A DNA stretch of 62,208 nucleotides, the filler included, from Basidioascus undulatus (taxonomy: Eukaryota), in the NCBI GenBank assembly GCA_000826855.1. It is 10 parts of 10 records of this genome, joined end to end, with 100 filler letters (N's around TTAATTAATTAA, not from the genome) between each part and the next. Parts side by side here need not be neighbours in the genome. Positions count along the whole stretch, not along the records: positions 1 to 25,095 come from JTLS01000225.1; 9 more parts are not named here. One strand, written 5' to 3'. Of this stretch, positions 1 to 15,945 are shown in pieces. Position numbers and translations under genes: made by a program. Each line of letters begins with the position of its first letter. Within the stretch, counting starts at the first letter, position 1. The notes under the pieces were generated by a model, which was given only the letters and a program-made list of their open reading frames with translations, was not told the origin of the DNA and did not search any database.

Positions 1-1117
1 GCTACTGACCGGGATCTTGAGCCCATCGGAGCAGCACTGAGCCAGCAAGTCGGCCATCGCTCTCGTCTGCAAGCATTGGAACGTGAGTGTTCATATCACC
101 TTGCTTTGTTGACCTTTGCTGACTTCCTCCTCCCCGTTGCTGTATGGTATATCTAGAAGCTCGCGCCGTACCCTGCATCCCACTATCTTGCTCGCAACCC
201 CTGCCGACATCGACCGCCTCTATCGTTTCATCGTCTACCGACAGTCTCGGGAGCGCCCTTTCGTTCTTTTCGTGCACAACCTAATTGTTGCTATTTCATG
301 CCCGCACTCGCACGCCACCGGAGACGTCGATCACGAAGCGGAGTTTCTGCTCGATCAAACACCATTACCCAGCGTCGTTGAGGCCTTGACGCATTCTGTT
401 CCGAGACCTTGGTGACCCTTCAGGCAGGCGTCGTGAACGAACGGCTCCTCCTGCTGACATCTCCGCACACTCTGCGCGTGGGAAGGACTTATTTCCCTAG
501 ACGAGGTCATGCTCCCGAAGCTTGAACAACTATCCTGGGAGACATATGCGTCTGATAATTTTGATGATCAGCGGCACCCGCTCGAGCTATTTCGCTTGCC
601 CAGGTTGCGCAAACTCCAACTTAGCAGCAATTCATCGACGATGTTTCTCAAGTATGGAACAGAGTCTCTCCGTTCCTTTGGCGGAACGGTTCACATCTCG
701 TTGAACTCGATTTCCAGGTGTCCAGCGCGATGGAGCTTCTGGCTGACCTTAATTAGACCTGCCCCGCTCTGAAGGTGCTTCGGCTTGACTGGGCGGATTC
801 GACTTCCCACGAAACTCGCCTTCTACGCACTACCAAGATGCTTGTCATTCACGATATCTATAAAGGGTACGCAGATATCCTCTCCAGAGCCACCTTCATC
901 CGAGACCAGGCCCAGACCGGCCACCTTCCAGCCTTGGGCGCAGTCGTCCTGCCGCATCCTTTGAAAGACAACATGTAATTACAGGGACGGTTTTGAGACA
1001 CAGGAGCTGGCCGATGCCATTATCGAATGCCTTGCACGCACAAGTCTTGAGTTGGGAGAGAAGGGCGTCGTGGTGGAGGATGCTGACGGGAAACACTACG
1101 AAGCCTTGAGGAGGTGA
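1..1117 (+). pseudogene. Degenerate F-box/LRR-like protein (5' truncated by window)
   Basis: KSAIALVCKHWN (F-box-end-like) is followed by a gtgagt donor. LRR-like LPKLEQLSW and LPRLRKLQL segments occur, and the C-terminus GVVVEDADGKHYEALRR* is typical of basidiomycete F-box proteins. The reading frame is broken several times (stops near 415, 772 and 978). Confidence 0.45.
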
Positions 1118-1696
1118 AAGTTGCAGGACAGTAAGTGTCGGAAGATCAACTATAGCATGGTTGCTGTGTATCTGAGCCGTGTGTATCTGCATCAAGTACG
1201 TTTGCGTGAGCGACCTATTGCGCATGGAGCAATTATACTGCTGATCTTAATCGCATCTAGCCTGGAATCTTTATTTTCTGGTGATTCGGTAGTTCTTGAT
1301 GCGTCTGAAATTCAGACAGAGTCGGGTTCTGGGCGTTTGCCGCACGGGGTACTTCGTACCGCAGCGCCCATCTGGACTCGGTGCTGCACATGCAGTTGGT
1401 GCGAATGGATGACTTTCGGACTTAAAAGCGCCTACATAGTAACGAAGAGATGCTCAACTTTCATAGGCACCTGTCAGTTGGCGGTACGTTTTGTTGAAAC
1501 ATTGCTGGTGGCGTCGACCTACCTCGTCCGCGGGACAGCCAATGCAGCGGGTCGACTGAGACGGAAAAAGGTGCAAGTACGCAACAATGCGATTTGAATG
1601 CGAACAAGGAAAAACCAAGCAGACGAAAAAGCTCCAGAGAGAGGAAAAAGGCTCCGGACACTACGCCTCTTCCGACCGACTCAACAGCAGGCGCCG

Positions 1697-4793
<3,097 letters not shown>

Positions 4794-5763
4794 TGCGTCG
4801 CGGGTGGTCAATGCTGGCGAGGTGAGGGTAGATGTTGAGCGGAGCGGCGAGCGTCGGCTGGTCTATGGGATGAGTCGTGTAGCGCTGTAATCGAGGGGAT
4901 GGATTGACGCTGATCTGTTAATGAATTCCTGCGGTAGTCGACGAGGGAAAAGGGGAAAATCGGTGAGCTGACGAGCAAGGGGTCAGGGCAGCGGAGGAGA
5001 GGAGGAGGAATACAAGGCGCGTACACGGGGGAGATCGTGCTCACGTGAGACAAAACAGTGTTGTCTTTAAACTTCGATTCTCTGGCAATTGTCAGCAGCT
5101 GAGATACCTCGCAGACTGATATAAATGCATGCAATTAAAGGACAGGGTATGAATGAGAAGAAATCGGACGTGACAGATCTAGCCGGATAAGCTCCTCGAG
5201 TCGTCCTTGAAGAGTGCATGCATTAAAGAGCAGTTCGCCTTTTCGGACAGAAGGGACAGGCAAAATTGTTGAACGATGTTGAAAACCTCATATAGAGTAA
5301 GTTCACGTTCTCAAACAGTCGCACTTATGCCCAGTCGTGATTCTAAGGCTGCATCTTAACACACTGCGGCCATGAGCGCGATCGAGCATGCGCATAACGA
5401 TTCCCGCTCCCGGCCCTAACAAAGCTCCAAGCGTCTTACATATTCATGTCCGATCAGAGTCAGAATTGTGCGCAATGCTATGAGCTGAATGTGATCGTCA
5501 AGCCAGGAAGAGGCCGTGTCCAAGTGACAAGAAGAAGCGAGAGGATGCTCATACTGTGCGCCACCCCGGAAGGCAGCAACGATGCGACGGAGTAACTTGG
5601 GTATGCGATTAAGAAGCACTAAATGAAAAACGAGGGACGCGATAGAGCTGAGCGGAAGGCTGCGACGGACGAATGCGATGTAAAGACAATGGACCGGACG
5701 GTAGGATGTGTGATGCGATGATATGTAGAGGAAGGGGAAGCATGGAGGTGGACGAGAGATAGT

Positions 5764-8115
5764 TCAGCTGATCACGGTGGAAGCGCGGGGTCCAAGTTCG
5801 AGATCGAGTTCAAGCGGAGGCGTCGGCGGGGAGGTTTGCCGCGGTGCCTGTGCTGGCATGCGGGTCATGCCGAAGTCCGTGCCGCGCGATGGAAGCGCGT
5901 CAGACGACGGCGGCGGCGGCGTGTGCAAGCGGACGTGCGCTAGAGCGGGGGAGGGGGCTGAAGTGGCATGGGGAGATGGCGTCGCGCCGGGCTTGAACGC
6001 GGAGCGGGGTCGAGGAGGGGGAGGGGCCGCACGGCGGTGCTGTCCGGCTGGCGGAGGGGTCGGAGGTGCGGAACGAGAACCAGACGGCGGACGCATGGCG
6101 GTGGGATGGAGGAGTTGGGAGGACGACGGGGTGGGAGGCGAGTCGATGGTGGATTCGGCAAGTACGTCGAGCGAGCTGGAACGACCTTGACGGCTCGCGA
6201 GATTGTCATCCAGCTTCGACTGTCCGGTCGAAGAGGGAACGCTGAACGATCGCGCGCCTGGGCCGAGATTCGACATTTGCTCGACGCTTCGGCTCTTGCC
6301 CAGACTGCGCGCGTTCGAAGAGTCGCTCGGGCTAGCGAGGTCTTGCGTTGAGGCGCTCGAACCGCTCGCGACGATGAGCTCGGGCAGAGGCGCCGTCGCG
6401 CGTTCGAGCTCGACGCACCACTCTGCCTTCAAGCAGCGGTCGACCAGTCGGCGCGTAGTCGAGCTGACGTCGCGGATGTCGGCGTTCGCGACAAGGGATA
6501 GGAGGATGCGGCGGATCTGCGCGCGCTTGTACGGCACCCGCCTAAGCTGGGTGTTGGTGAGGAGAGGGTGGAGGACGCGGAGGTAGGTGTGTCGCAGCTA
6601 CGTCGCGGTAGCAAGAGTCAGTTCCTCGGCGAACTTAGCCGCGGACAGATGAGAGCAACGCACAGCTTCGGACTCGTCTGGCAAGTCGACGAGCTCGCGG
6701 ATGAAGACATCGACGAGTACGCGAAGGTCGTTCGTGTAGAAGTAGTCTTGCGTGCCGACGGTGGTGAAGAGGAGAAAGAGGATCTTGAGCACGAGCAGCT
6801 TTACGCAGAGATCCTCGGCGGTATCCGCTGCCCGATAGTCTCTCGGATCAGCCCCTCAACTCACCATGAAGCCCACCGAATAGACGTTTAACTCACAAGC
6901 ACGATTCAAGATGAAGATGAGGTTTTCGCCGAACGTCTTGCTCGCGCCCAGGCGGCGCGTCAAAACATGCAGGACGAGGTTTCCGCGGACAGCAGCCGAT
7001 GCCGGAGGCGGCGGTGCGCGTGACTGCTTCGGTTGGTGATGATGATGGGATGTCGGGGGGAGGGTGTGGATCATGAACTGCTCGTTGAGTGCCGTCTATC
7101 CCAACGATGATCGCCAACGTGAGACTGCGCCCCTGATGCGGGTTAGAAATAAACGCACAAGGAGCTTTATAAGCGAATAGTTGAACGACTCGTCGGCTTC
7201 GTCCCGCGTAAGCTCGACGAGATCAAAGATGTGATCCAAGAACGCCTCATCGAACAGCGCTGTCCTCCGTCGCGCACACCGCAGTTCAGCGTCTCCAATC
7301 CAGTATTCCACCCAGAGATGCCAGTCTCCCTAAGCGACCACTCACCCAAATCCTCATCCTCCACACGCTGCACCCTGCACACCTCGAACATGAGGAGCGT
7401 GACCGGCGTGCGCAAGCGGACTTCGATCGGCGGCAGGCCCGTGCCGTCGTCATCTCCGCCGAAGTAGCCGTCGTCCACGTGCTGGATCGTCTCGATCAGG
7501 AGAGGCAGGAGAGACCTGTAGTTGCTCGACGTGCGGTAGAATACGGGATGCGCCGCGCCATAGTGCAGCAGGAGCGAGTAGACGATGAAGAGCTGGTGCG
7601 GATCCGTCGCCTGCGGGAAAGGGTCGGCTGAGGATCCGTCGGAAAGGGCGCGGCTCTCCATTGAAAGGAAGAACGTGTACATACTGCACAGGCTAGTGAG
7701 ACTAGTAGAGATTGCATTCGCGCGGAATGGAAGGAGAAGAGGTCCGACGCGACGAGGACCTCGCACGCATGCTTGAGTGCTTCCGGCTCGGAGAGATACG
7801 ACACTGCAAGGGCCCTCCAGCCGTTCCCTTAGATTGCCGCCTTCACCAGTCGCACATCTAGAAGTGAGGGAGGACATACCGTGATACTGTGCGCACAAGC
7901 GTACAAATGTCTTGCACGCCGTGTCGAGCTGGGCGAGCGAGGCGTCGTCTGGTACGACGGTATAGTCCTCGAGCTCTGCCCGGACGTCGAACATGACCCA
8001 AACTTGAGCCATCCCAGCACACTCTTGCCCAGGGTAGGAGATTCTCACCTGCCCAAAAGTCCCTAGCGCTAGTAATCTCCCAGACGAGGAAGTCATCGTC
8101 CAGCCCGGGGTCCAT
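5764..8115 (-). CDS. LDB17: Ldb17/Dip1/SPIN90-family Arp2/3 activator with Pro-rich C-terminus
   Basis: Motifs SKTFGENLIFILNR, LKILFLLFTT and YFYTNDLRVLVDVFIRELVDLP characteristic of the SPIN90/Ldb17 leucine-rich domain, followed by a polyproline tail. Confidence 0.8.
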
Positions 8116-8574
8116 CCCCGCGGTCGAGCTCAGTCAAACGCGCTCGTTCGCGACCAAGTCGATCGGGAGCGCTCTGGTGTAGACCCGCGGGCAGGCGCCT
8201 TTTCAGGAGCGAGTGCTGTATCAAGAAGTAAGGCGAAGAAGAAAATAAGGAAACGAGATGTGCTGGGTCCCGAGCGGAAAGGTGTCAAGGCAAGATCCAT
8301 CGAACGCACTGACGACTTCTTCCGGCGGGCTTCCCGTGGCGCACAGCTTGGCCCGACAGGTCCCCCTAAGAGTTCGCATCACAGCATCGCTTCGCCTGTT
8401 CTTCGCGTTCCCTTTTCTCATACCACAAGACAACGCAGATAAAGTTGTGAAAAGAAAGGGTATGCGTATTCTAGGAAAACGGACGAAACGGGAGAACAGG
8501 AAAGACCGTGCGTGAAGCGAAACAATGTGCGTAACGTGAAATAACCCAGAAGTCCCTCAAGCAGCAAACTCGTG

Positions 8575-10418
8575 CTATGCACCAAACTCAAACGACAACA
8601 TCTACAGACTGATACACCCATCCGGCAGATCAGTGCGTATTCCCATCGAAGGGCAGCTCAAGAGAGCAACGTACGTGGTCGACCGACTCCTTCTCGGATT
8701 CCTGCTGGTACTGGCGGACCTCCTCGCGGTACTTGGCCTTCTCGTCCGGCGAGCTCTCCTGCTCCGCCTTCAGCCGGTTGATCCACTGAACACCCCTCAC
8801 AGCCTTGCGGACTGTCGCCCGAGATGCGTCAGCTTCCCCTTCCGCGTGCCGCCTGCCCTCCGCAGGCGCACTCACAGGTCTTGCGCGCGTCGAACCCCTT
8901 CTTCACACTCGGCAGGAGGTTGCTCGGCGTGCCATCGGGGCTGGCCGGGTCGGGAACGAAGTGCTCGGCGATGGATGCGAGCCACGGGTGTTGCAGCGCT
9001 TGGTGCGCTGTGAGACGCTTTGCAGGGTCGATCGTCAAGCAGGCGCTGACGAAGGAGCGCGCAGTCTCCGAGACGGGAGCCCAGTACTCTGTAGGCTCGA
9101 AGTGGTAGTCGCCCTGTGTAGCTGCGTGAGTACAGGCATGCGAACGCAACAGAACCAGCAAAGGATACCTTGATGATAGCCTCCGTCTCTTGCAGTTGCG
9201 TGTCGCGGTCGAAAGGAGTGTCTGTACCAAAGGACGCTCATCAACGTCGACATTTAAGGTAGAGCGACAAAGATCTCGCTGCATACAGCCACAAAGAAGG
9301 AAGTATCTGTAAGTCTAAGACAAGTCAGCGATGTATATCTCCGCTGCGAAAGAGCGCTGCGTACGCGATGACACCAATCGCCCCTGTCTCCGACGCGCAT
9401 CAGCTTGCTGCTACGAATTTCACAGGCATCCTCTGTACTCACACATGTCCACCGGCTTGCCGTGCCCCTTGCGCAGGAAGATCTCGGGCGCCATGTACCC
9501 GGGCGTACCGCAAGTAGTCGTCAAGACCGAGAACTTGTCGTCGTCCATCACGCGACTCAACTGTGCGCAATGTGCCCCCTCCGTTAGCAAAAGCATGCAC
9601 TGCCAGTGACTAATGACCAAGACTAGACGCACACCGAAGTCTGCGATGCACAGGTCGGCATCTTCGTCTTTGGTCCGGAAGAGGAGGTTCTCGGGCTTGA
9701 GGTCTGCAAGAAGTCCCAGCCAGGACTCTATAAGGGCATCTACAAAAGTCAAAGTGCAATGCGCACCTCGGTGGACAATGCCCTGGTCGTGCAGGTAACC
9801 CACCGCGCCGCAAATGGTCGCGATAATCTCGGCTGCGTCCCTGCGCACCGCGCATGACCTTCTCAGCGCCTTACGCCTCTCTATAACCCGAATCATGACA
9901 ACGTACCGCTCGTAATACTGCCCCTTCGCACAAATCCGGTCGAAAAGCTCTCCACCCGTGCAGAGGTCCGTGACGAGGTAGCTAAAGGGCCGGGAATAGC
10001 CTTCGGTCAGCACGTCGGGTCGCGCGGGCTTTAAACCAAGAAGGCGCACAGGTTGTTGAGCGTCTCGAAGTAGTCGACGAGGGTGACGATATTGGGGTGA
10101 CCTTGCGAGATGCGCTTCAGAACGGCAATCTCATTGCGGACCTATTCCCGCCGGATGAGCACCAACCTAGGCCGTCCATCTCCAGGAACTGGTTGAGCGT
10201 ACCATCTGTTCCCTTCCCGCCATCAAACGCTTGTTGATGACCTTGCAGGCATACATCTTCCCAGTCTCGATATGCTGTGCCTCCTTGACCACCTGTGGCC
10301 GCTCGATCCGGCATCAGTGGTGCCTCCCGTGCCATCTCCAGGGACGAAGCAGGCGCACCGCATACGTTCCGCTCCCGAGCGTCCGGCCGGTCTTGTACGC
10401 GCAAGGGACGGTAGCCAT
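8575..10418 (-). CDS. CMK1: Ca2+/calmodulin-dependent protein kinase (CaMK1 type)
   Basis: MATVPCAYKTGRTLGSGTYAVVKEA, GGELFDRICAKG, HRDLKPENLLF, IADFG and TTCGTPGYMAPE, plus the CaM-binding-like KKGFDARKTLRKAV. Splices cleanly to ...HMLSFEFGA*. Confidence 0.92.
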
Positions 10419-11201
10419 GTTCCGAACGAATGTGTGGGTGGGTTGTGGCAGATAAGGTGGGTGTAGACGGAAGAGTGTGGTATGCGGATAGAAATATATG
10501 TGGAGAAGGAAAGGGTGCGAGCGGTTTGGGAAGCCGGCACGGGCGAGGCGGTGTCAATCGAGAAGCGTGACGCACTAGTTGCCGGCTTTCGCCAAAGAAG
10601 AACCGGGACTTAACCCTTCTTCTCTTCTGTTGATCTGTGCAGATGGCGCAAGTACGCTTGAATATCTGGTGATTATTACTGAATTCATGTGAAAGCGATG
10701 GATGAACCTGAGAGCTCTGCACGGCGGCTACCTCTTCCACACCCTGCACAGCCTTGATCCGACTTCATCGTGCCTGATTGCTCTGAAATGCGCCCATCAC
10801 TGATCGGCGAGCGCGCATGGCATCTCTCCCTTTGGCGGTGTTGCCGATTTTTGCTCCTCCCCGTTGGTCGCCCAAGAATGCCATGCAAAAGCACACGCTG
10901 CGGATGACGATGTGGACTGGTCGCTGGCGGCCGGAGCTCTGAATCACAGGGAGTCCTCGAGCAAGCCGCGCTTATGAAGAGCCAAGACTATATTAAGGGC
11001 AGCGGCATTCAGGATATACGATTCTTGTGCAAATATTAACAAATATTAACGCAAGTCTGTTCGAGAGATGCTCGGCGCCACATTTCAGTCCACGCCGACG
11101 CTCAAAGGAGATCCTGTTGAGTAGAACAGGTATTCTTGAATTTCGTTGTATCATTGCAGCGTCACACAATCCCAGAAACACAAGAGTAGTGCGCGAGCCG
11201 T

Positions 11202-13100
11202 TTACGCAGGGATGAAGAGCGTCTTCCTGTAGGGCGACTCGGCATGCCTGTTAGCTCTCATCCTGGGGTAAAGGGTTTGCAAGACGGATCGACTTGCCTG
11301 ATCTTGCGGTCATTGAAGAGCTTGTAGTACTCGGGTGCCTCGGTAATAGAAACCTTGTGCGAGACGAAGTGGTTGAAGAGGCCCTCGCCGGAGACCTTTT
11401 GCAGAACTGTTATATGAAGTGTTATCATCTGTGTCACCCGTTCCATAAAATCAAGGCTGCGTACGCTTCAAAGACTCCGGGAACATAGCACGAGCTGAAA
11501 AAGGCCATGATGAGTTTGATGGTCCCAGTAGGACATAGTCGCTCAACATACCCGGGCAGCGACCGAACTGAATGCGAGGGTTCTTGGAGTACAGTGCGAA
11601 GCCTGATGGCGCGACGGTCAGTTCGCTTACTCGCTGATCTGTAGACATGCAGGCTTACCATCCATGGTAATAGAGTGCGTGTGAAGGCCCACGCTGGAAA
11701 TAACGCCAGCGTTGCGAATTAGCTCGAAGGCGAGCAGGAACGCATCGGTCGCCCCGACAATCTCCAGCACTGCGTCCACGCCACGGCCGCCAGTAGCCTC
11801 CTGCAGCGCCTTCTTCGGGTCCTCGTTGAGGTTAACGGGGATACCGCCGTGATGCTTGGCCTCCTCTGGAGTTTCAATGGCCATATAGTCATTAAAAAGC
11901 TTTCGCTTTCTTATGATTTCATTAACACGCACCGAGACGATCGGGGACGGCGTCAATGGCGTATACGTTGCCAGCACCGAAGAAGTGAACGGCAGCGGTG
12001 ATAGCCTATACGATCAGAGACTGCGTTAGGTATGTATTGGAAATGGAGAATGTTGAAACGTACGCAGAGGCCGACCGGACCGCAACCAAGGACAGCTACC
12101 TTGGCGTCCTTCCGCTCATCCTCGTGCAGCATGTCCCACGCGTTCTTGGCCGCAAAGTAGCCGGTGGGGAAGATGTCACACATCAACACGAGGGTCTCGT
12201 CTGGCAAGCTTCTTGCGTCAGCGTCAGTAAAGCAGCCGGGAAGCCGAAGGGCGTACCGCTGACGCCGTCAGGGGCGTTGTATAGCGTGGTGTCTATGAAG
12301 CACGTGATCATGTTAAGCTCGCGACCGGTTCATATAGTATGAGCTCACTCACCGGCATGGGGAACGCGGACAGCTCCGCCCTGAGTTCCAGGCAGCAGCG
12401 GCGAGCCGTACAGCTTGGACTCGGCGCAGCGCCCGGTCCAGCCGCGCTGGCAGTAGAAGCAGTTCTGCCAAGAGCGCCCAGGGTGGATCGGTAAGTTTTC
12501 TCAATGCTAACCCCGAGAGAGGTTCGAAAATGAGACTTACTCCGCAAGAAGTCGTGAAAGGCGAAACGACGCGGTCGCCAACCTTGAAATTCTTGACAGC
12601 GCTGCCGATCTCGACAACCTCACCGATGAACTGAAGTCATGGTGCACTTCAGTGACTGCAGCCAATGAAATGCTGCAATTCAGGTGGTATAAGATACCTC
12701 GTGGCCCATGATCAAGTCATAAACCTGACAATGGGAGGCTGCGGTCAGTCCTGCCGTTTCTTACGGCCGTCGCACGAGTGCAACTGTACCTTTGTGGAGT
12801 GCCCGCGGTATTGGTGCAGATCCGAGCCGCAAAGCGCAGAAAGCTTGACCTGAAATAAAGTAACTTGGTTAACGCTCATGACGCGGACGACATCAGCAGC
12901 TGCTTCGCTCACCTTGCACACAACGTCCTTCTCGTCCTCAATCTTCGGCCAAGGCCTCTCCTCCACCTTCCCAGCCCAACACGATGTCTTGAGCGCAACG
13001 TTCTAATGATGTAAAGTCACCATGAACCGAGACCCACCACAATCTGCTCCGGCCCTTTAATAACCGCAGCGAGGTGAGTCTTCGGGTGCTCGACAGCCAT
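11202..13100 (-). CDS. Zinc-dependent medium-chain alcohol dehydrogenase (MDR family)
   Basis: LCGSDLH, GHEFIGEV, structural Zn site CGxCFYCxxGxxxRC, MCDIFPTGY, Rossmann GCGPVG and QFGRCP. The last intron is best read as GC-AG, giving ...DRKIRKTLFIPA*. One junction near 12210-12270 is off by one base. Confidence 0.88.
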
Positions 13101-13869
13101 TGTGATCGGAAGTCGTGTTAGAATAGAGATATGCGAGCAGTAAGAGCGAATGAGGTGTTCGCAAGGAGAAGGTGAGTGTTAAGGTCAAGGAGCAGAGTCT
13201 GAGGCCTGAGCCTTGCATTACGGCCACCCGATCCCGTCACGGGCGTGCGGTGAGCCGGCGTACGAGAGATCGGCGGAGTTTGTCGACGGAGCTCCTCACA
13301 GTTGTCCTCAGGTGTCCTCGTGGGCGGTGGAGGTCTCGCTCACCCCACCCCCGCATCCTTTGCCTCCTTTCACTGCGGTCCTGAGGGGTTTTTGTGGACT
13401 TTGAACTTTCAGCGACTCGATTGATAACAGCTTGCACCCTGATGTCATGCCCTTCTATTGCCATTATTGGGTCAAAGCGCCTGCGGTCAGTTGCGGCTTC
13501 AGGAGCTCGGCCGTGCCATACCGATGCGTTGCGAATTAAAAGACCGAGTACTTCCACGGATATTGGCGTCGGTTACGTGCTAAGGGAGTTTCCTAGTAGC
13601 GTGTCAGACCATGAATCAACACGTTCGAAAGAAGTTCGTCCATGTTGCGCCGATGTATCCTCCTGTTCGACGTCAGCGGCTGCCTTCAGGTGTCCAGTGC
13701 GTGCTGACCACTATTCGACGACTCAAGTCTCGGCTCTTTGATAGGCTTCAAATTTTCAGGCAATGTACTGCTCAATGCAAACATTGGACGCCTTCCGGCT
13801 TCATTACAATCATCGTGCTACAATAGTCCATTGCTTCGATCCGTTGTCCTCAATTCGATTGTGCCGTCT

Positions 13870-15945
13870 TCACTCCCACTGGTCCTTCTCAGCCCAGAGC
13901 GCCTCGCAGATGGCGTAGTCATGTCCCGGGATCCTTTGAGATATTACTTTACAGTCAGCAAAGACGTCCGGTCTTTTAACTCGAACGAAGTTACTACGTA
14001 CACACGGCAGCCACTGGTCATCTGGATGCGGTGCACCTTCTGGTGGCTGCGGAACCACGCGCTGTGGTCGCGAGCGAGCCTAGAGACAAATGTAATCAGC
14101 ACGTACTCTCGGAATTTAATATGTACGTCGAAACAGTTCACTTACCAACCCTGCGGCTGGCCCTCCTGCATTGGCGCGGAAGAGAGCTTTCAGTCGATGA
14201 CTTCCGGCTGCGGGGCAGGACTGCTCTGACGCCTTACCATGTTCTCCTTCACGTGGTACATGTCGGAGGTCTAAAATAATGCAAAAGTCAAGACCACCAT
14301 CTTCAAAAAGGCCGAGAGCGGCGTCGAAGCTCACGAAGAGGAAGGAACCGTCGCCGCGCAGGTTGACCTGAATGCCACATAGACCGGGGGTCTGTTCCCC
14401 ACACGGGAGACGTAAGGGTCGGCTTGATAAGGGGAAACTGAACAGATATCAATCACTTACGTGACCAGGGAAGTGGTGGATGGTGATACCGGGGGCGATG
14501 TCGAGCTCGGGCTCCGAGAAGGTCTTCCAGCTGAGGAGATAGGCGAAAAGAGCGGTTAGCACGGAGCGCATAGCTAGTGAGAATTGCCTTACTTGTGCTC
14601 GAACTTCATGTAGTGGGGCAGGTAAACGCCAACGTCCTCACCGGTGGCCACTGTCCTCGAGAGTATGTGAGAAGGCGGGCGGCAGCAGGAAAAATAAGCA
14701 CGCACAAGCGTAGAATCCGTGCTTGAGCTCCTCCTCGTGAACCCAGATGGGGACTTGGCGCTCCCTGGAAGAAAGATAGCTTGAGTAGGATTCCTTCCGA
14801 ATATGCAATCCGCGAGGACTCACTTGAAGTACTCAAGGCCGCCGGCGTGGTCACTGCAAGGCAGGTGTCAGTCTGGCAGATTCGCTCCCGGCGCAGTCCT
14901 ATCTTTCACACGCACAGGTGAAGGTGACCCATGATGACCATCTTGATGTCCTCGATGCTGTTACCAGTAGCCGCGATAGCCTTTCCCAAGAACATCGACG
15001 CCGTCAGCATCGCTCCTTTCTGCCTGAATGTCTGTGACAACACCCACCGCATCGAGCTCGTGCTTCTGGTCGTATTTCACTGAAAGGCCATTCTGGGTGA
15101 GTACATCAGGACGTCGCATTTGATTTCTGAGTGGTTTTTACCGCGGGCGAAGATGTCGTTGACCGGTGCGCCCCAAACTGTAAGTTAAGGTCAGAACTAC
15201 GATGCGATATGGAGCAAGGGAAGCGCAGTTCGCACTGACCCTCAGGGTAGTCGTGGCCGCAGCCAGTCTCGTAAAGCACCAAACCGATGGTGGCTATTGC
15301 GCCAATCTCGTCAGGTCAAACCGCTTTTCTGAGCTTTACCCAGCATTGTGAACGCACGGATGTCTGGAAAAGTGGAAACGGTGCGTCAGTCTTGGGTTGC
15401 CACGAATCGTATGCAATCCCATCGTACCCAGCAGAACGCAGTACATCGCCAGAGGGCGACGCTCGCGCTTGCCGCCCTCGGGGTTGGAGAAAGTGCTGGT
15501 GTTACCGCCACGAAGGAAGAAGCCTGGTGAAGCGATCTGCGTCAGTCGTGTGGGTTCAGTGGCGGCGTAGGACGTTTCTCACCAGCATCACACTGCGGTA
15601 TCACAGTACAGCGAGTCTCTTTCAGCACGTGCCTGCTACACATATACTCGAAGTCTTCAAACCAACCTCAACTGTGATTTACGGAGTCAGTGCGACATCT
15701 CGCGCGGCGTGATTGCCAGCCTGGACATACGGTATCCGACGTTCAGAATCCACATCTTGGTGCCCTCCGGAGCGACATTCCTGTGGAAGTTCCGGATCAC
15801 GATCAGCTACGCTATAGCTGAGTCGCAAGAGTCTGGTCGAAGTGGATAAGGGTGTGTATGTGCGTGATTTTGTAGCTCACGCGAGGGCAGTGGGCACGGG
15901 AGCCCGGTTCGTGAGAGGAGCGGCAGTAGCAATCGTCGGCGCCAT
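13870..15945 (-). CDS. Metallo-beta-lactamase-fold hydrolase, N-acyl-homoserine-lactonase (AttM/AiiA)-like lactonase/lactamase
   Basis: Manual splicing of 18 GT-AG introns gives an uninterrupted protein of about 300 aa with HLHLDH, GHTPG, SDMYH and GHD metal-binding motifs. Confidence 0.88.
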
